From assembly GCA_002269645.1 (NCBI GenBank), contig NIVC01000419.1, positions 1 through 64,000 on the forward strand: 64,000 bases of DNA. Reading direction: 5' to 3'. The notes under the pieces were generated by a model. It was given only the letters and a program-made list of their open reading frames with translations, searched no databases and was not told the origin of the DNA. This document shows, piece after piece, positions 62,024 through 64,000 of the stretch (position 1 is its first letter; every line of letters starts with the position of its first letter). This DNA comes from Macrostomum lignano. Lineage: Eukaryota. Both the position numbers and the translations under genes were made by a program.

Positions 62024-62324
62024 ATGCGTAATATAGTTAAAGTAGTATCAGAAATGTGAAAGCCTATAGGCTAATTAAGGTGCTTTTGTAAGATATTGAG
62101 CTTAGAAGAGTTGCTGCTTAGTTTTGCATAGATACGCATAGGTCCGGGGTTTCAAGTCGGTAAAATAGGGTGGGGGACCTCACATCGTTCATTTGTTCAT
62201 TTGTTCCCCTATTTGATTAAAAACTTCTGATCGTTGCACGGGCCGCTACTGTTGCTGGCTGAAGTGGAGGAAAGTTAACAACTGACTCGAAGTGTCGGAT
62301 CTGGAATTTCATTTCGGGGGTCCC

Positions 62325-62520
62325 AGTGTGGGGGCGCCAACAAGAGTATGAGGGGCGCCATTTTTAAGCCAGGGGGGGCGCAAAAAGTGTGTTAAAAGTA
62401 AAAAATTAAGCTAGGCACAAAAAACTTAGGTTTTTAAACTTAGGTAAAAAAAAATATTTTTTATCAAGCTATTTTGATAGGGGGCGGCCGCCCTAATGCC
62501 CCCCCCTAAATCCGCCCCTG
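62325..62520. mobile_element. hAT-like MITE remnant
   Basis: Right terminus CCCCCCCTAAATCCGCCCCTG plus internal GGGGCGCC repeats; left terminus not found. Confidence 0.45.
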
Positions 62521-63515
62521 CCGACTCGCTTCACTTCTGATTTTGCTAATATTCATTTGTAATTTCTTTTTAAAAGAATTATTGCGCTTATTTATAAAAT
62601 GTTTTAATGCCTTAAAATACTTGCAAATAATTAAAATACACGAACTACCTATGACTTAAATATACATTACGGAGTTGCCTGCACCAGTAGGAACAAAACG
62701 AAGCGAACAAGTCTTTTAATCATTCTAATAGCCTTAATTACGAAGCCAGTGATCGCTAATATCCCAAAATCGAAAAATCCAAAGAGCAGAAAAATCGTGA
62801 AAAAAATGCTGAGTGAATGCAGCAAAAAAGAAATTTGTGCTAATTCTACTACTAATAGTAGGCTTATGAGCAAATTTCATCAGGCTCCGCCCGGCGGCGC
62901 CGCCCCGGACGCCGGGGCGGAGGTCACGTAGCTCCATGGGGCGGCCGTCGCCCAAAAAAGGGCGGAGGCGCGGGCGGACATCGGGGCGGACGGAAAAGTC
63001 CCACTGGGATTGTCGTGCCGCTATATGTTTCGTATAAAACATGTATTCTAGAATTTTTCTTCGCTCTTCGCGTATGCCAATTATGGTAAGGATCTAGAAA
63101 CTCCTCCCCCGCGCGCACCCCGAGTCTATTATGTTCTTTTACTAAAAAAGTACAACAGTACAAAGTTCAAAGTTCAAACCATGGTTTTTGTATTAACATA
63201 AAAGTACGCTCGCATACTCATATATAAGTATTTGTATTTGTGGCAAAAGTGTAATACGGTCTTAGTATAGGAAAAATAAAGCAAAAAAGTTTGCAGAAAC
63301 GAAATCTTATTAATTAGATTTCTTCTGGACACTGAACTGGTATAGGCGTCTAAGCGATGCGCTCTTTGTAGGATTTTAAAAAGAAGTATCTGAAGTAACC
63401 ATAGCGCAAATTAGTAATAAAATTTCATTATAGAAAATAGAAAGTAACAATCTATGTACGCAAGCTCAGTTGCCTGTTCAAAACAGCTTTGCAAATTGAA
63501 TTTTATCAGCTGACA

Positions 63516-64000
63516 TCACAGGAAATAACGCCACTTGATAATATCAGTAGCTTCCAGATCGTGTTTCAATTTCTTGTTTTCGGTGTCGCGACTGAAGAAT
63601 ACGCCGCATGTGGGCTTCTGGAAGGTCCGGAACGGAGCAACGTCGTTCTTCTTGCGCTCGCTCTCCGTGAAGAAGCTGCTGCCTTCCAGGGAGGGCAGCA
63701 GAGCGCCAAGCGGCGTGGGCTCCGGCAGTCGCTGACCTACCGGTTGAAAGTCCAGCACCCGGCAGACGTTGTAACGTCTGGACAGTTTGCTGCTCAAGCC
63801 CATCTGGTGCAGCCGCATGTGCTCGAGACGTTGCCAGCTTCGGAGTCGCGGATCCGGGTTGAAGCTGAACACCATTGGTGTTCGATCTACTAAAAGTGGC
63901 TGCTTAGCCCTTTGCTGGCGTTTCTGCTGCTGCTGCGGCTTCGAAAGCGTTGTAGCCTGCGGTGCCTGCGCACCGGACACGGCAGTCTTCGGGCGAGCGG
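63516..64000 (-). CDS. Hypothetical protein, open to the window edge
   Basis: At least 154 aa, GC-rich coding-like composition against an AT-rich flank; no recognisable domain. Confidence 0.5.
   Translation of the reverse strand, partial: ARPKTAVSGAQAPQATTLSKPQQQQKRQQRAKQPLLVDRTPMVFSFNPDPRLRSWQRLEHMRLHQMGLSSKLSRRYNVCRVLDFQPVGQRLPEPTPLGALLPSLEGSSFFTESERKKNDVAPFRTFQKPTCGVFFSRDTENKKLKHDLEATDIIKWRYFL

Noticed and set aside
62860-63130. GC-rich island as promoter or element
   Set aside because: No termini, TSD or linked start site could be supported.

Overview
Eukaryotic (metazoan) genomic DNA with GT-AG introns, AT-rich spacers and GC-richer exons, very dense in minisatellites and DNA transposons. 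The style suggests a flatworm such as Macrostomum, which is an inference only. Host genes reconstructed by hand: the last exon of a Wnt (3 frame breaks), a complete 5-exon pelota, a secreted or surface Ig-domain gene, an ARM-like/TIR/SAM-like gene, a 5-exon coiled-coil orphan, an intronless Cys-loop receptor subunit, a MARCH-type RING-CH ligase, a DUF4806-like fragment and a partial ORF at the right edge. Mobile DNA: a decayed Ty3/Gypsy element inside a 24-bp satellite, a hAT element with an 8-bp TSD, several IS630/Tc1-like elements (one with 30 residues between the second D and the E, one encoding only the DNA-binding domain), a possible Crypton derivative, MITEs and foldbacks, tRNA-derived SINEs and RTE-like fragments. 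About a dozen distinct tandem arrays occur, mostly inside introns. The most unusual signals are (i) pelota introns built from many tandem 3'-splice-site-like units, one array sharing its unit with a nearby foldback element, (ii) a 4-kb intronic nest of dissimilar elements that all carry a CATAGAC motif also present in two flanking satellites, and (iii) the ARM-TIR-SAM protein with the catalytic Glu position intact. No rRNA, true tRNA gene or CRISPR array was found.
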